Below are positions 1 through 8,912 of a DNA stretch of 64,000 nt, one piece after another (positions within the stretch are counted from its first letter, which is position 1; each line of letters opens with the position of its first letter). The position numbers were made by a program, and so were the translations under genes. The notes under the pieces were generated by a model. That model had not been told where the DNA came from. It did not search any database and worked only from the letters and a program-made list of their open reading frames with translations. The stretch is from a bacterium (GTDB lineage Bacteria; UBA8248): assembly GCA_965199855.1 (NCBI GenBank), contig OZ241326.1, forward strand, positions 2,752,001 to 2,816,000, in the 5' to 3' direction.

Positions 1-1058
1 TCCACCCCGTGCCCCGGCGCGTCGGGAACCTCCATGCAGCCGTCCACGACGGGAAAATCCCGCGTCAGCGCGTCCGGGGGGAGGAGCTCCATATACTCCA
101 CCATGCGGCCGCCGGGCGTCGCGGCGACGAGGCTCACGGATACCTCCTGGAGCAGATGGCTGCACAGCGAAAGATTCCAGGCTTCCGCCAGATGCGCCGC
201 CCTGCGAAATTCCGTCACGCCGCCGCAGCGGCCCACGTCGGGCTGGAGGAACGAGGCCGCCCTCCTTTCGCAAATCTCCCGAAAGCCCCAGCGCATATAA
301 GCGTTCTCTCCCGCGGCGACGGGCACGGGACTTCTTCGCGCCACCCGCGCCAGATCGTCCACGGAATCCGCCGGGACGGGCTCCTCGAACCACTCGACGC
401 CGTATTCGGCGAGCATCGCCGCCGCTTCGAGCGCCTCGCGCGGGCTGTATTTCTGGTTCGCGTCCGCGAGCAGAGCGATTCCCTCGCCCACCTCCCTTCT
501 CAGGACGCGGATGCGCTCCTCGTCCCGCTCCGTTCCCAGCTTGAGCTTGTAGGCGCCGATTCCCTTCTCCATGAAGCCCCGGCATTCCTCGACCATCTCC
601 GCGTCCGTGAGCGTGAGCCAGCCTCCGCTTCCATAGACGGGAACCCTGCTTCTGAAGCCGCCCAGGACGCGGGAAAGCGGCGTCCCCGCCGCCTTCGCGA
701 GCGCGTCCCAGCAGGCGGCGTCCACCGCGGAGAGCGCCTGAACGCCCAGGCCGCCCCGCATTCTCGCCTTGTTCGGCCCCCAAAGGCGCAGCCAAAGCGC
801 CTCGGGCGCGAGCGCGTCGCGCCCCACCGCCAGCGGCGCCAGCTCCTTCTCCACGTAAGGGACAAGCGCGGTCGAGGCCTCCCCGCCCAGGCTCATCACG
901 AAGCCGCAGCCTGTCGGGCCGTTTTCGGTACGGAGAAGAACCAGCAGATAATCCAGCGCCGCTTTCGCCCCGCTCGCGCTTCCTATCGGGCGCGCCAGGG
1001 GAATCCTGAGCGACTTCGCCTCTATTTCCGCGATTTTCAGCCCGGCCATCCGGCGCAT
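1..1058 (-). CDS. mandelate racemase/muconate lactonizing enzyme family protein (enolase superfamily), 3' end truncated by window edge
   Basis: Not in ORF track; manual translation gives MRRMAGLKIAEIEAKSLRIPL...SAVDAACWDALAK...YKLKLG...DANQ...WFEEP...AGEN...QPDVGRCGG, i.e. the KxK, DxN, EEP and GE motifs of the family. Confidence 0.88.
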   Translation of the reverse strand, partial: MRRMAGLKIAEIEAKSLRIPLARPIGSASGAKAALDYLLVLLRTENGPTGCGFVMSLGGEASTALVPYVEKELAPLAVGRDALAPEALWLRLWGPNKARMRGGLGVQALSAVDAACWDALAKAAGTPLSRVLGGFRSRVPVYGSGGWLTLTDAEMVEECRGFMEKGIGAYKLKLGTERDEERIRVLRREVGEGIALLADANQKYSPREALEAAAMLAEYGVEWFEEPVPADSVDDLARVARRSPVPVAAGENAYMRWGFREICERRAASFLQPDVGRCGGVTEFRRAAHLAEAWNLSLCSHLLQEVSVSLVAATPGGRMVEYMELLPPDALTRDFPVVDGCMEVPDAPGHGV

Positions 1059-1145
1059 TCCTTCCCGCTTCACGCCCCAAACGCGGCAAAGGCTGCGGAG
1101 GAGCCGAAAGACGCCTCCGCAGCCCCGGAAGTCGGGTCCGCAAAT

Positions 1146-2156
1146 CTAGTTCATGTTCATGCTGGCCAGCGCCTTCTTGAGCGGGCCGGCCTCGATGCCC
1201 TCGCCTCCCGCGAAGTCCGGCAGGCGGCGAATCTTGCCCCGGCCCTTCTGCACCTTCGCCGTCGCGTTGAGGGCGTTGATGATGCGCGGGGTGATCTTGT
1301 AGAGCGGCCGCACCACCTCGACGGAGCGCCTGGCGATGGAGTAGTCCACCTTGCGGCCCTTGGAGATGAGCCACTTGTGATAGACCCTGGCGAACCTGTC
1401 GGGGTCCTTCTTCCAAAGCTGCGCGGACTTCAGATAGGCGCGCAGATACTTCACCACCCCTTCCGGGTTGCTCTTCAGCGTTCTGGGGTTGGCGAGCTCG
1501 ATGAAGATCATCGCCGGCGGATTGTCGTATTTGCAGTAATCGACGATGGGGCGGCCCCATTTCTTGTCCGTGAGGCGGAACGAGGTGGGCGCGCCGATGA
1601 CCATGGCGGAAACCACCTTCGCCCTGTAGGCGGAGAGGCGCTCCGCCGTCGTGGTGTTCATGATCTTGATATCCTTCGGCTTCATGCCGAAGGCGGGCAG
1701 GATGCCGTTGTCCAGGACGAAGTGCGTGGACGTGCCTTTTTTCTCGGCGATGGTCTTGCCCCGGAGATCGGCCACCGTCTTGATCGGGGAGTCCAGCGGC
1801 ACCCAGATGGAGATGGACTTGCACCAGGAGGAGCTGGCGGAAATCATCGTAAGCCCCGCCTTTTTGGCCACGCCGTCCACGTAGGGCCGCGTGGCGCCGT
1901 GGCCCACGTCGAGGCTGCGGGAGAGCAGCGCCTCGATGACGAGCTTGCCCTGCGGGAAAACCTTCACCGACCAGTTGCCCTTTCCGAATTCCTCATCGAA
2001 ATAGCCCATCCCCATGGCGACCGCCGTGAAGGAGCCGAACGTCTGGCGGTGCATCCCGATGCGGAACTTGGCCGCCTGCGCGTCGGTGGCGGCGAAGCCG
2101 GCGGGCATGAGGCCCAAGGCGAGAACCAGACACAGAAAACCCAGGGGCTTTTTCAT
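1146..2156 (-). CDS. ABC transporter substrate-binding protein, SsuA/TauA/NMT1-like
   Basis: Signal peptide; IKTVADLRGKTIA..GTSTHF motif typical of the family. Confidence 0.8.
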   Translation of the reverse strand: MKKPLGFLCLVLALGLMPAGFAATDAQAAKFRIGMHRQTFGSFTAVAMGMGYFDEEFGKGNWSVKVFPQGKLVIEALLSRSLDVGHGATRPYVDGVAKKAGLTMISASSSWCKSISIWVPLDSPIKTVADLRGKTIAEKKGTSTHFVLDNGILPAFGMKPKDIKIMNTTTAERLSAYRAKVVSAMVIGAPTSFRLTDKKWGRPIVDYCKYDNPPAMIFIELANPRTLKSNPEGVVKYLRAYLKSAQLWKKDPDRFARVYHKWLISKGRKVDYSIARRSVEVVRPLYKITPRIINALNATAKVQKGRGKIRRLPDFAGGEGIEAGPLKKALASMNMN

Positions 2157-2287
2157 CCTCTTTCCTCCTTCTTCGGGAAAACAGGAATGCGCGGCTTGCG
2201 GCGGCGCGCGGCGAACGGCTTCCCTGAACTGGATAGGGAGAGTATGCCACAGACGCGCCCGGATTGCATCAAGGCGAAGCGAGGAAA

Positions 2288-2342
2288 GCGGGCCTACGCG
2301 GGTCTATGCGGGCTTAAGCGGATTCAGGCGGGTTCAGGCGGA
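2288..2342. repeat. degenerate 10-bp-period tandem repeat (GCGG[G/A]-N5) x6
   Basis: GCGGGcctac GCGGGtctat GCGGGcttaa GCGGAttcag GCGGGttcag GCGGA read directly. Confidence 0.6.
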
Positions 2343-2365
2343 ACCGCGCGCGGCTGCGCCGGCGC

Positions 2366-2394
2366 TTGCCGGAAGAAGCCATCGGGGGTATTCT
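2366..2394 (+). promoter_or_regulatory. putative sigma70 promoter of the MBL operon
   Basis: TTGCCG-N17-TATTCT upstream of ATG 2449. Confidence 0.4.
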
Positions 2395-2448
2395 CGCCCC
2401 GTTCGACAATTCCCGTTCGCGCCGACAAAAAAAGAGAAAGCGACCGCC

Positions 2449-3315
2449 ATGCGCCGCCTCTCCGAGCATCTGTATGCCGAGACCGCCTACGACTGGGCGA
2501 ACGTGGGCGCGGCCGTCACCGACAAGGGCGTCCTCCTGCTCGACTGCCCGGTGCGGCCGGGCGATTCGCGCGAATGGCAGAAAGCCGTCTCCCGCCTGAG
2601 CCCGCTGGGCGTCCGCTACCTCGTCGCCACCGACTATCACGGCGACCACACGACGGGCGCCGCCTTCATCGAGGGGGAGGTGAACTTCATCGCCCCCCGC
2701 CGCGTCCATGACGAGATCGCCGGCGGCGAGAACGCCTTCTCCAGGGAAATCTTCGTGAAAACGCTCAGAGACCGGGGGCATACGGACGAGGCGGACGAAA
2801 TCGAAGGCGCCGCCGTCCCCCTCCCCCAGTTCTGCTTCGAGGAGAGCCTCAGCCTGCATCTTCCGCCCCTCACCCTCGAGATTCACCGAAAGGGGGGGCA
2901 CTCGCCCGCGTGCGCCTCCGTTCTCGCGCCGGAGGAGGGCGTGCTCTTCGCCGGCGACGTCGTAATCAACGGCCCCTCGGCGGGGATGCGCGACGCTCGT
3001 CTGGGCGAGTGGATAGAGGCGCTCGCCTGGGTGGAGAGCCTCGACATAGAGACGATCGTCCCCGGCCACGGCGAGATATGCGGCAAGGAGGCGGCCCGCG
3101 AGCTGAAGGACCGCCTGAGCGGAATCATGGACGCCATGGCCGGGGCCGTCGCCGCCGGCAAGGAAAGGGCGGAGGCGGCGGCGGATCCGAAACTTCTCGA
3201 ATACTTCCACGCGGACGACTCGCTCGGCGAATACTGGCTCCGCCAGAGAAGGGACGCCTTCCGCGAGGGGCTCGAGCGCGCGTATGATGAAGCCGCGTCG
3301 GAGCGCCGTCGATAA
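2449..3315 (+). CDS. MBL-fold metallo-hydrolase
   Basis: TDYHGDH, GGHS, FAGD and VPGHG motifs; start moved to ATG 2449. Confidence 0.85.
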   Translation: MRRLSEHLYAETAYDWANVGAAVTDKGVLLLDCPVRPGDSREWQKAVSRLSPLGVRYLVATDYHGDHTTGAAFIEGEVNFIAPRRVHDEIAGGENAFSREIFVKTLRDRGHTDEADEIEGAAVPLPQFCFEESLSLHLPPLTLEIHRKGGHSPACASVLAPEEGVLFAGDVVINGPSAGMRDARLGEWIEALAWVESLDIETIVPGHGEICGKEAARELKDRLSGIMDAMAGAVAAGKERAEAAADPKLLEYFHADDSLGEYWLRQRRDAFREGLERAYDEAASERRR

Positions 3316-3344
3316 AACCCCCGCCGCCCGGGAAGGAGGCGCGG

Positions 3345-3785
3345 ATGAAGGCGGAGGAGAAAAGGCTGGGGCGCATCTTTCGCGTCACGCTCGAGGCGGG
3401 CGATCGCTTCCACGCGAACCTCACCCGGTTCGTGAAGGAGAAGAACGTCCGCGCGGGTTCGGTGTTTCTCATCGGCGCCCTCTCCGAAACGAAGATGATC
3501 TCGGGCTTCAGGAGCATGGACGGCTACGACGTCGACCGCCTCCACTTCGAGGGCTGGCGCGAGCTCGTCGCCCTGGGGAACATCACCTGGCCCGCCGAGG
3601 CGCCCGCGGCCCTGGGCGATGAGCGGTGGGAGGAGCCGCAGCCCTACGTCCACGTGCACATGGCCATCAGCGGCGGCCCGGGCGAGCCGGAAAAAGTCCT
3701 GGCCGGCCACCTGAGCGACGGCGTCGTCAAGGGCGGGATGATCGTCGAAATCTACGAGCACCTGGACGCGGCGCCGGGCGCATGA
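3345..3785 (+). CDS. PPC domain (DUF296) protein
   Basis: ELVALGNI, HVHMAI and AGHL motifs. Confidence 0.8.
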   Translation: MKAEEKRLGRIFRVTLEAGDRFHANLTRFVKEKNVRAGSVFLIGALSETKMISGFRSMDGYDVDRLHFEGWRELVALGNITWPAEAPAALGDERWEEPQPYVHVHMAISGGPGEPEKVLAGHLSDGVVKGGMIVEIYEHLDAAPGA

Positions 3786-3838
3786 TTCCCCCCGCCACGT
3801 GGCTGCTTCAGCAGCGCCCGCCGGAGAAGGACGAACCG

Positions 3839-4990
3839 ATGAGCGAAGCCTCTCTCGACAGCCTTCCGTTCGCCCCCGGCGAGGATCCCTTCGTCGTGGA
3901 GCACGGGGGCTTCTACCGGCGCTGGCTCCACATGGTGGAGGACGTCGGGGAGCTCAGGCGCGCCGCGGCCTCCCTCGAGGGAACGACCGACGATCTCTGG
4001 ACGCCCCTCTGGCGCGGGCTCGGCGCGCGCTGCGAGGAGCGGGCGGAGGAGCTCGCCGCACGGGGGGAGGCGTCCGCCGCCCGCGAGAAGTTCCTCCACG
4101 CGAAAACCTGGTACAGCATCGCGCGCTTCCCCCGCCCCCTCACCCCGCTCAAGGAGGAGGCGAACCGCGACTGCATCCGCGCGTATCTGAAATCGTGCGA
4201 ATTCCTCGACCCGCCGCTCGAGGTCGTCCGGGTGGAATGCGAGGGGAAGTCCATCACCTCCCATTTCCGCGCGCCGGCGGAGGCGAGCGCGGGGCGGCCC
4301 GTCCCCGCCGTCCTCGTCATGTGCGGCGGGGACATGTTCAAGGAGGATCGCGGCTGGGCCGGAGAGATGGCGGTGGAGAACGGGCTGGCCGCCCTGGTGA
4401 TGGACGGCCCCGGCACGGGGGAGAACCCCTTTCCCTACGAGCCGCGCTCGGTGTCCGCGTGGAAGGCGGCGACAGACTGGCTCGCCGCCCGCCCCGAGGT
4501 GGACGCCGCGCGCATCGGCGCGTTCGGCATCAGCCGGGGCGGGCACTCCGTCATGCTGCTCGCCGGCTCCTGCCCCGAAAAGGTGAAGGCGGCCGTCGCC
4601 AGCGCGGGGCATCACTTCGGCTACCGCATGACGAGGGCGGAGATGGAGAACTTCGTGGAGAACGTCAACAGGCGCGCGGCATACGTCTTCGGCGCGCCGG
4701 GAGACGCGCCCTCCTTTCCCGGAACCACGGTCGAGAAGGAGGAGGCGCTGTTCGAGAAGTGGTCGCTCGGCGCGCTGGGGCTGGCGGAGAAGATCGTCTG
4801 CCCGATTCTGATGATCAACGGAAAGCAGGATCACCTCGCTCCGGTCGGGAACATCTACTACATGCTGGAGCGCGGCCCCGTCACGGGCCGGGAGGCGCGC
4901 ATCTACCCCGACGACGGCCATTGCGCCTTCAAATACTTCGACGAGTGGGCGCCGGCCTCGTTCCGCTGGCTGCGGGAGAAGCTGGGGTGA
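3839..4990 (+). CDS. alpha/beta hydrolase, FrsA/DUF1100-like (2,6-dihydroxypseudooxynicotine hydrolase-like)
   Basis: GISRGG nucleophile elbow, DGPGTGE, GKQD and GHC; RBS GGAGAAGGA before ATG 3839. Confidence 0.8.
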   Translation: MSEASLDSLPFAPGEDPFVVEHGGFYRRWLHMVEDVGELRRAAASLEGTTDDLWTPLWRGLGARCEERAEELAARGEASAAREKFLHAKTWYSIARFPRPLTPLKEEANRDCIRAYLKSCEFLDPPLEVVRVECEGKSITSHFRAPAEASAGRPVPAVLVMCGGDMFKEDRGWAGEMAVENGLAALVMDGPGTGENPFPYEPRSVSAWKAATDWLAARPEVDAARIGAFGISRGGHSVMLLAGSCPEKVKAAVASAGHHFGYRMTRAEMENFVENVNRRAAYVFGAPGDAPSFPGTTVEKEEALFEKWSLGALGLAEKIVCPILMINGKQDHLAPVGNIYYMLERGPVTGREARIYPDDGHCAFKYFDEWAPASFRWLREKLG

Positions 4991-5760
4991 AAGCGCGGGG
5001 GAGGGGGCTGCCGGCGAGATTCCTCGGTTTCAACAAATATCTGTCGAAACGCTTCGATGGGCTTCTGCCCGAGAAATTCCACGTGGACGGGAACACTCAT
5101 TTCCGGGAAGCCTTCGCGCCTCCTCATATCCCCGACGGCGCGCTGGCGTATGATGTCGGCGGCGGAAAACGCCCCTTTTTTTCGGCCGAGGAGAAGGCGC
5201 GTCGGAATTTGTCGGTCGTCGGTCCTGATATCGACAGCAAGGAATTGACGAGCGCTCCGACCGGGACTTATGATGAAACTGTCTGCGCCGACATTATGAA
5301 ATACCGTGGGCGAGAAAACGCCGACGTTGTGATTTGCCAAGCGCTGCTGGAGCACGTCTCCAATACGGAGGCCGCCTTCGCCGGCTTGGGCAGCATTCTG
5401 AAAAAAGACGGCCTCGCTCTCGTCTTCGCGCCGTCGCGAAATGCCGTCTATGCGCGCATCAACCTCATCATCCCCGAGAAATGGAAAAGGAGCATGTTGC
5501 GGCTCCTTTTCCCCGAGCTCGATGGCATCGTGGGCTTTCCGAGTTATTGCGACCGCTGCACGCTGGCGGCGCTCGAGAAGCTGGCGCGCGCGCAGGGTTT
5601 GGCCGTCATCGAGAAAAAGCCCTATTATCGGAGTGATTACTTCATCTTCTTCGCTCCTCTTCACGTTCTCTGGCGATTATGGATTGTCGTCTTCCGCCTC
5701 CTCGCAAGAGACCAGGCGGCTGAAACCTTCAGCCTCGCCCTGCGCAAAGAGCCGGGGTGA
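4987..5760 (+). CDS. class I SAM-dependent methyltransferase
   Basis: YDVGGG motif I, DVVICQALLEHV, LKKDG; GTG start overlaps the upstream stop (GTGA). Confidence 0.8.
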   Translation: MKARGRGLPARFLGFNKYLSKRFDGLLPEKFHVDGNTHFREAFAPPHIPDGALAYDVGGGKRPFFSAEEKARRNLSVVGPDIDSKELTSAPTGTYDETVCADIMKYRGRENADVVICQALLEHVSNTEAAFAGLGSILKKDGLALVFAPSRNAVYARINLIIPEKWKRSMLRLLFPELDGIVGFPSYCDRCTLAALEKLARAQGLAVIEKKPYYRSDYFIFFAPLHVLWRLWIVVFRLLARDQAAETFSLALRKEPG

Positions 5761-5782
5761 AAACCGGGACAGACTCCTTATC

Positions 5783-7729
5783 ATGTGCGGCATCGCGGGC
5801 TTTCTCTTCGCGCATCGGGAAACGGACGCCCCCGGGGACGTCGCTATCCGCATGGCGAATCGTCTGCGGCACCGGGGGCCGGACGATGAGGGAAGCTGGG
5901 CGGACGAGGCGGCGGGCGCCGCCCTGGGGTTCCGGCGGCTCTCCATCATCGATCTGAGCGCGGACGGCCGCCAGCCCATGATCTCGAGCAGCGGGCGCTA
6001 CGTCGTCATCCACAACGGGGAGATTTACAATTTCATCGAGCTGCGCGAGGAGTTGACGCGCGGGGGCGCGCGGTTCCGGGGAGGCTCGGACACCGAGGCG
6101 CTCCTCGCCGCGGTGGAAGCCTGGGGGCTGGAGGCGGCGCTCGGGCGATTCGTCGGCATGTTCGCCTTCGCCCTGTGGGATCGCCGGGAGCGAACGCTGC
6201 ACCTCGCGCGCGACCGCATGGGCGAGAAGCCGCTCTATTACGGCTGGGCGGGCAGGTCCTTCCTCTTCGGCTCGGAGCTGAAGGCTCTTCGGGCGCACCC
6301 CGACTGGGAGGGAGAGATTTGCGCCGACGCGCTGGCTCTCTACATGAAGCGCAGCTGCGTTCCCGCCCCGCATTCCATCTATCGGGGAATCCGCAAGCTC
6401 GTCCCCGGCGCGGTTCTCAGCGTCCGCGCGCAGGACCCGCCCGGACGTCTGCCCGCGCCCGCCGCCTACTGGCGCATGAAAGACGTCGTGAGGAAGGCGT
6501 CATCCAGCCGGCCGGCCCGGTCGGACGATGAGGCGCTCGATCAACTCGACGGCGTATTGAGACGCTCCGCGCGGGGGATGATGCGGGCGGACGTCCCGCT
6601 CGGCGCGTTGCTTTCGGGCGGGGTCGATTCCTCGATGGTGACCGCCCTGACGCAGGCGCAAAGCGGCGTTCCCATCCGGACGTTTTCGGTCGGATTTCAC
6701 GCGGCCGGCCATGACGAGGCGCCTCGCGCCCGCGCCGTCGCCCGCCATCTGGGAACCGAGCACGCCGAACTCTACGCCGGCCCGAAGGAGGCACTCGAGG
6801 TCGTTCCGCGCCTGCCGGAACTCTACGATGAGCCGTTCGCGGACTCCTCCCAGACGCCCACCTTCCTGGTATGCGCCCTCACGCGGGAGCACGTGAAGGT
6901 CGCCCTCTCCGGCGACGGAGGCGACGAGCTCTTCGGCGGCTACAACCGCTACTTCTGGGCGCCCAGGGTCTGGCGTTCGATTCGCCGGCTGCCGAGGCCT
7001 CTGAGGAAAGCCATGGCGAGCGCGCTGACGCGGCGGGGGGCGGGGCTGGCGTTCGCCTATGAGAAAATGTCCCCGCTCCTGCCGGGCCGCTTCCGCGTCG
7101 AGCTGGCCGGGGAGAAACTCCGAAAACTGGGGAGCGTTCTCGACGCATCGGGGCTCGATGAAATGTACGAGCGGCTGATCGCGCGCCGGGAGGCGCCTGT
7201 TCGCATGGACGCGAATCCGGCGCGGGAAGACGCGCTTTCCGCGGACCCCGAACTCGATCGCCTCCATCCCGTCGAGAGGATGATGTATCGGGACATGACG
7301 GAATACCTGCCCGACGACATTCTGGTGAAGGTGGACAGGGCGGCGATGGGGGCGAGCCTTGAGACGCGGGCGCCCTATCTGGACCATCGCGTCGTGGAAT
7401 TCGCCTGGTCCCTGCCGCCGGAAATGAAGACGCGCGGCGGCGAGGGGAAGTGGCTGCTCAAGCGTCTGCTCGCCCGCTACCTTCCCCCCGCCCTGTTTGA
7501 AAGGCCCAAGATGGGCTTCGGCGCGCCCATAGGCGAATGGCTGCGCGGCGCGCTCAGGGACTGGGCGGAGGAACTCTTGCGGGAATCGCGCCTTGCGGGG
7601 GAGGGGTTTTTCCACCCGAAGCCCATCCGCGACATGTGGGCGGAGCATCTCTCCGGCGCGAGAGACCGGCAATACCATCTTTGGGACGTCCTGATGTTCC
7701 AGGCGTGGCTGGACGCGCAGGCGCGATGA
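5783..7729 (+). CDS. asnB: asparagine synthase (glutamine-hydrolysing) family amidotransferase
   Basis: MCGIAG N-terminus, HRGPD, NGEIYN, RDRMGEKPLYY, LSGGVDSS, SGDGGDELFGGY. Confidence 0.93.
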   Translation: MCGIAGFLFAHRETDAPGDVAIRMANRLRHRGPDDEGSWADEAAGAALGFRRLSIIDLSADGRQPMISSSGRYVVIHNGEIYNFIELREELTRGGARFRGGSDTEALLAAVEAWGLEAALGRFVGMFAFALWDRRERTLHLARDRMGEKPLYYGWAGRSFLFGSELKALRAHPDWEGEICADALALYMKRSCVPAPHSIYRGIRKLVPGAVLSVRAQDPPGRLPAPAAYWRMKDVVRKASSSRPARSDDEALDQLDGVLRRSARGMMRADVPLGALLSGGVDSSMVTALTQAQSGVPIRTFSVGFHAAGHDEAPRARAVARHLGTEHAELYAGPKEALEVVPRLPELYDEPFADSSQTPTFLVCALTREHVKVALSGDGGDELFGGYNRYFWAPRVWRSIRRLPRPLRKAMASALTRRGAGLAFAYEKMSPLLPGRFRVELAGEKLRKLGSVLDASGLDEMYERLIARREAPVRMDANPAREDALSADPELDRLHPVERMMYRDMTEYLPDDILVKVDRAAMGASLETRAPYLDHRVVEFAWSLPPEMKTRGGEGKWLLKRLLARYLPPALFERPKMGFGAPIGEWLRGALRDWAEELLRESRLAGEGFFHPKPIRDMWAEHLSGARDRQYHLWDVLMFQAWLDAQAR

Positions 7730-7730
7730 G

Positions 7731-8885
7731 ATGAGCCGAACGCTGTTTTTGCTGGATCTGGAGGACCGATATTTCCTGAGCCACAGGCTCGCCCTCGCGC
7801 GGGCGGCGCGGGAGGCGGGCTGGCGCGTCGTCGCGTGCGCGAGAATCGGCGGGGAACGTCTGGAGCAGATGCGCGCGCAGGGCTTCGAGTGCTTCGCCCT
7901 GGGCGAGAACCGGGAGGGCGTCAGGCCGTGGGCGGAGTTTCGGGCGCTTGTCAAACTCGTTCGCGCCTACCGGAAACATCGGCCGCGCGTCGCCCACCAC
8001 ATCGGCGCGCGAAACCTCCCGCACGGCTCGATCGCCGCCTGGCTCGCGCAAACGCCCGCCGTCGTGAATTCATTCACGGGGCTGGGTTCGCTCTTCTCTC
8101 CCGACTCGCTCAAAATGAAACTGCTCGGAAAGCTCGTCTTTCCCCTTCTGAGGCGCCTTCACCGGAGGAAAAACACCTGGGTGATCGCGCAGAACGACGA
8201 CGACAGGGCGATGCTCCTGCGAAAGGGGCTCGCCGAGGAATCCCGCCTGCTCCTCGTTCGCGGCTCGGGCGTCGACGTCCAGTCCTTCAGCCCCGCGCCC
8301 GAGCCTCCGGGCGCGCCCCTGGCGGTTCTCGCCTCCCGGATGCTGCGGGACAAGGGCGTGCGCGAGTTCGTGGAGGCCGCGCGCCTGCTGAAGGCGGAGG
8401 GCGTGGAGGTTCGCATGGCGCTTGCGGGCGCGCCGGACCCCAAAAATCCCTCCTCCATCCCGGAGAGCGCGCTCGAGGGCTGGCGCGAGAGCGGCGAGAT
8501 CGAATGGTGGGGCCACAGGGAGGACGCGCCCGAAATGTGGCGAGGCTGCCACGTCGCCGTTTTGCCCTCCTATCGGGAGGGGCTGCCGAGAAGCCTGCTG
8601 GAGGCGGCGGCGCGCGGACGCCCGCTCGTGGCGACCGACGTTCCCGGCTGCCGGGAGGTGGTCCGGGACGGCGTGAACGGCATTCTCGTCCCGCCCCGGG
8701 ACGCCGGGGCGCTGGCCGGCGCCATCAAAACGCTGGCGCGCGACGCGGCGCTCAGGCGAAAGATGGGCGCTGCGGGGCGGCGAATCGTGGAAGCGGAGTT
8801 CGCCGACGCGATCGTCCTGCGAAGCGTTCTGGGGCTGTATGAGCGCCTGGGCGGCGCGGAAGCGGCGCCGGACAAGGGGGACTGA
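7731..8885 (+). CDS. glycosyltransferase family 4
   Basis: GSGVD, SRMLRDKG, LPSYREGLPRSLLEA, ATDVPGCREVV. Confidence 0.92.
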   Translation: MSRTLFLLDLEDRYFLSHRLALARAAREAGWRVVACARIGGERLEQMRAQGFECFALGENREGVRPWAEFRALVKLVRAYRKHRPRVAHHIGARNLPHGSIAAWLAQTPAVVNSFTGLGSLFSPDSLKMKLLGKLVFPLLRRLHRRKNTWVIAQNDDDRAMLLRKGLAEESRLLLVRGSGVDVQSFSPAPEPPGAPLAVLASRMLRDKGVREFVEAARLLKAEGVEVRMALAGAPDPKNPSSIPESALEGWRESGEIEWWGHREDAPEMWRGCHVAVLPSYREGLPRSLLEAAARGRPLVATDVPGCREVVRDGVNGILVPPRDAGALAGAIKTLARDAALRRKMGAAGRRIVEAEFADAIVLRSVLGLYERLGGAEAAPDKGD

Positions 8886-8912
8886 GCGGGCGCCGCCGCG
8901 CGCGATGACGGC

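Noticed and set aside
9-2711. 900-aa plus-strand ORF and many other long Arg/Ala/Pro-rich ORFs (e.g. 48681-51089, 56770-58638, 60892-62478)
   Set aside because: Antisense or off-frame shadows of real genes in high-GC DNA; no recognisable motifs.
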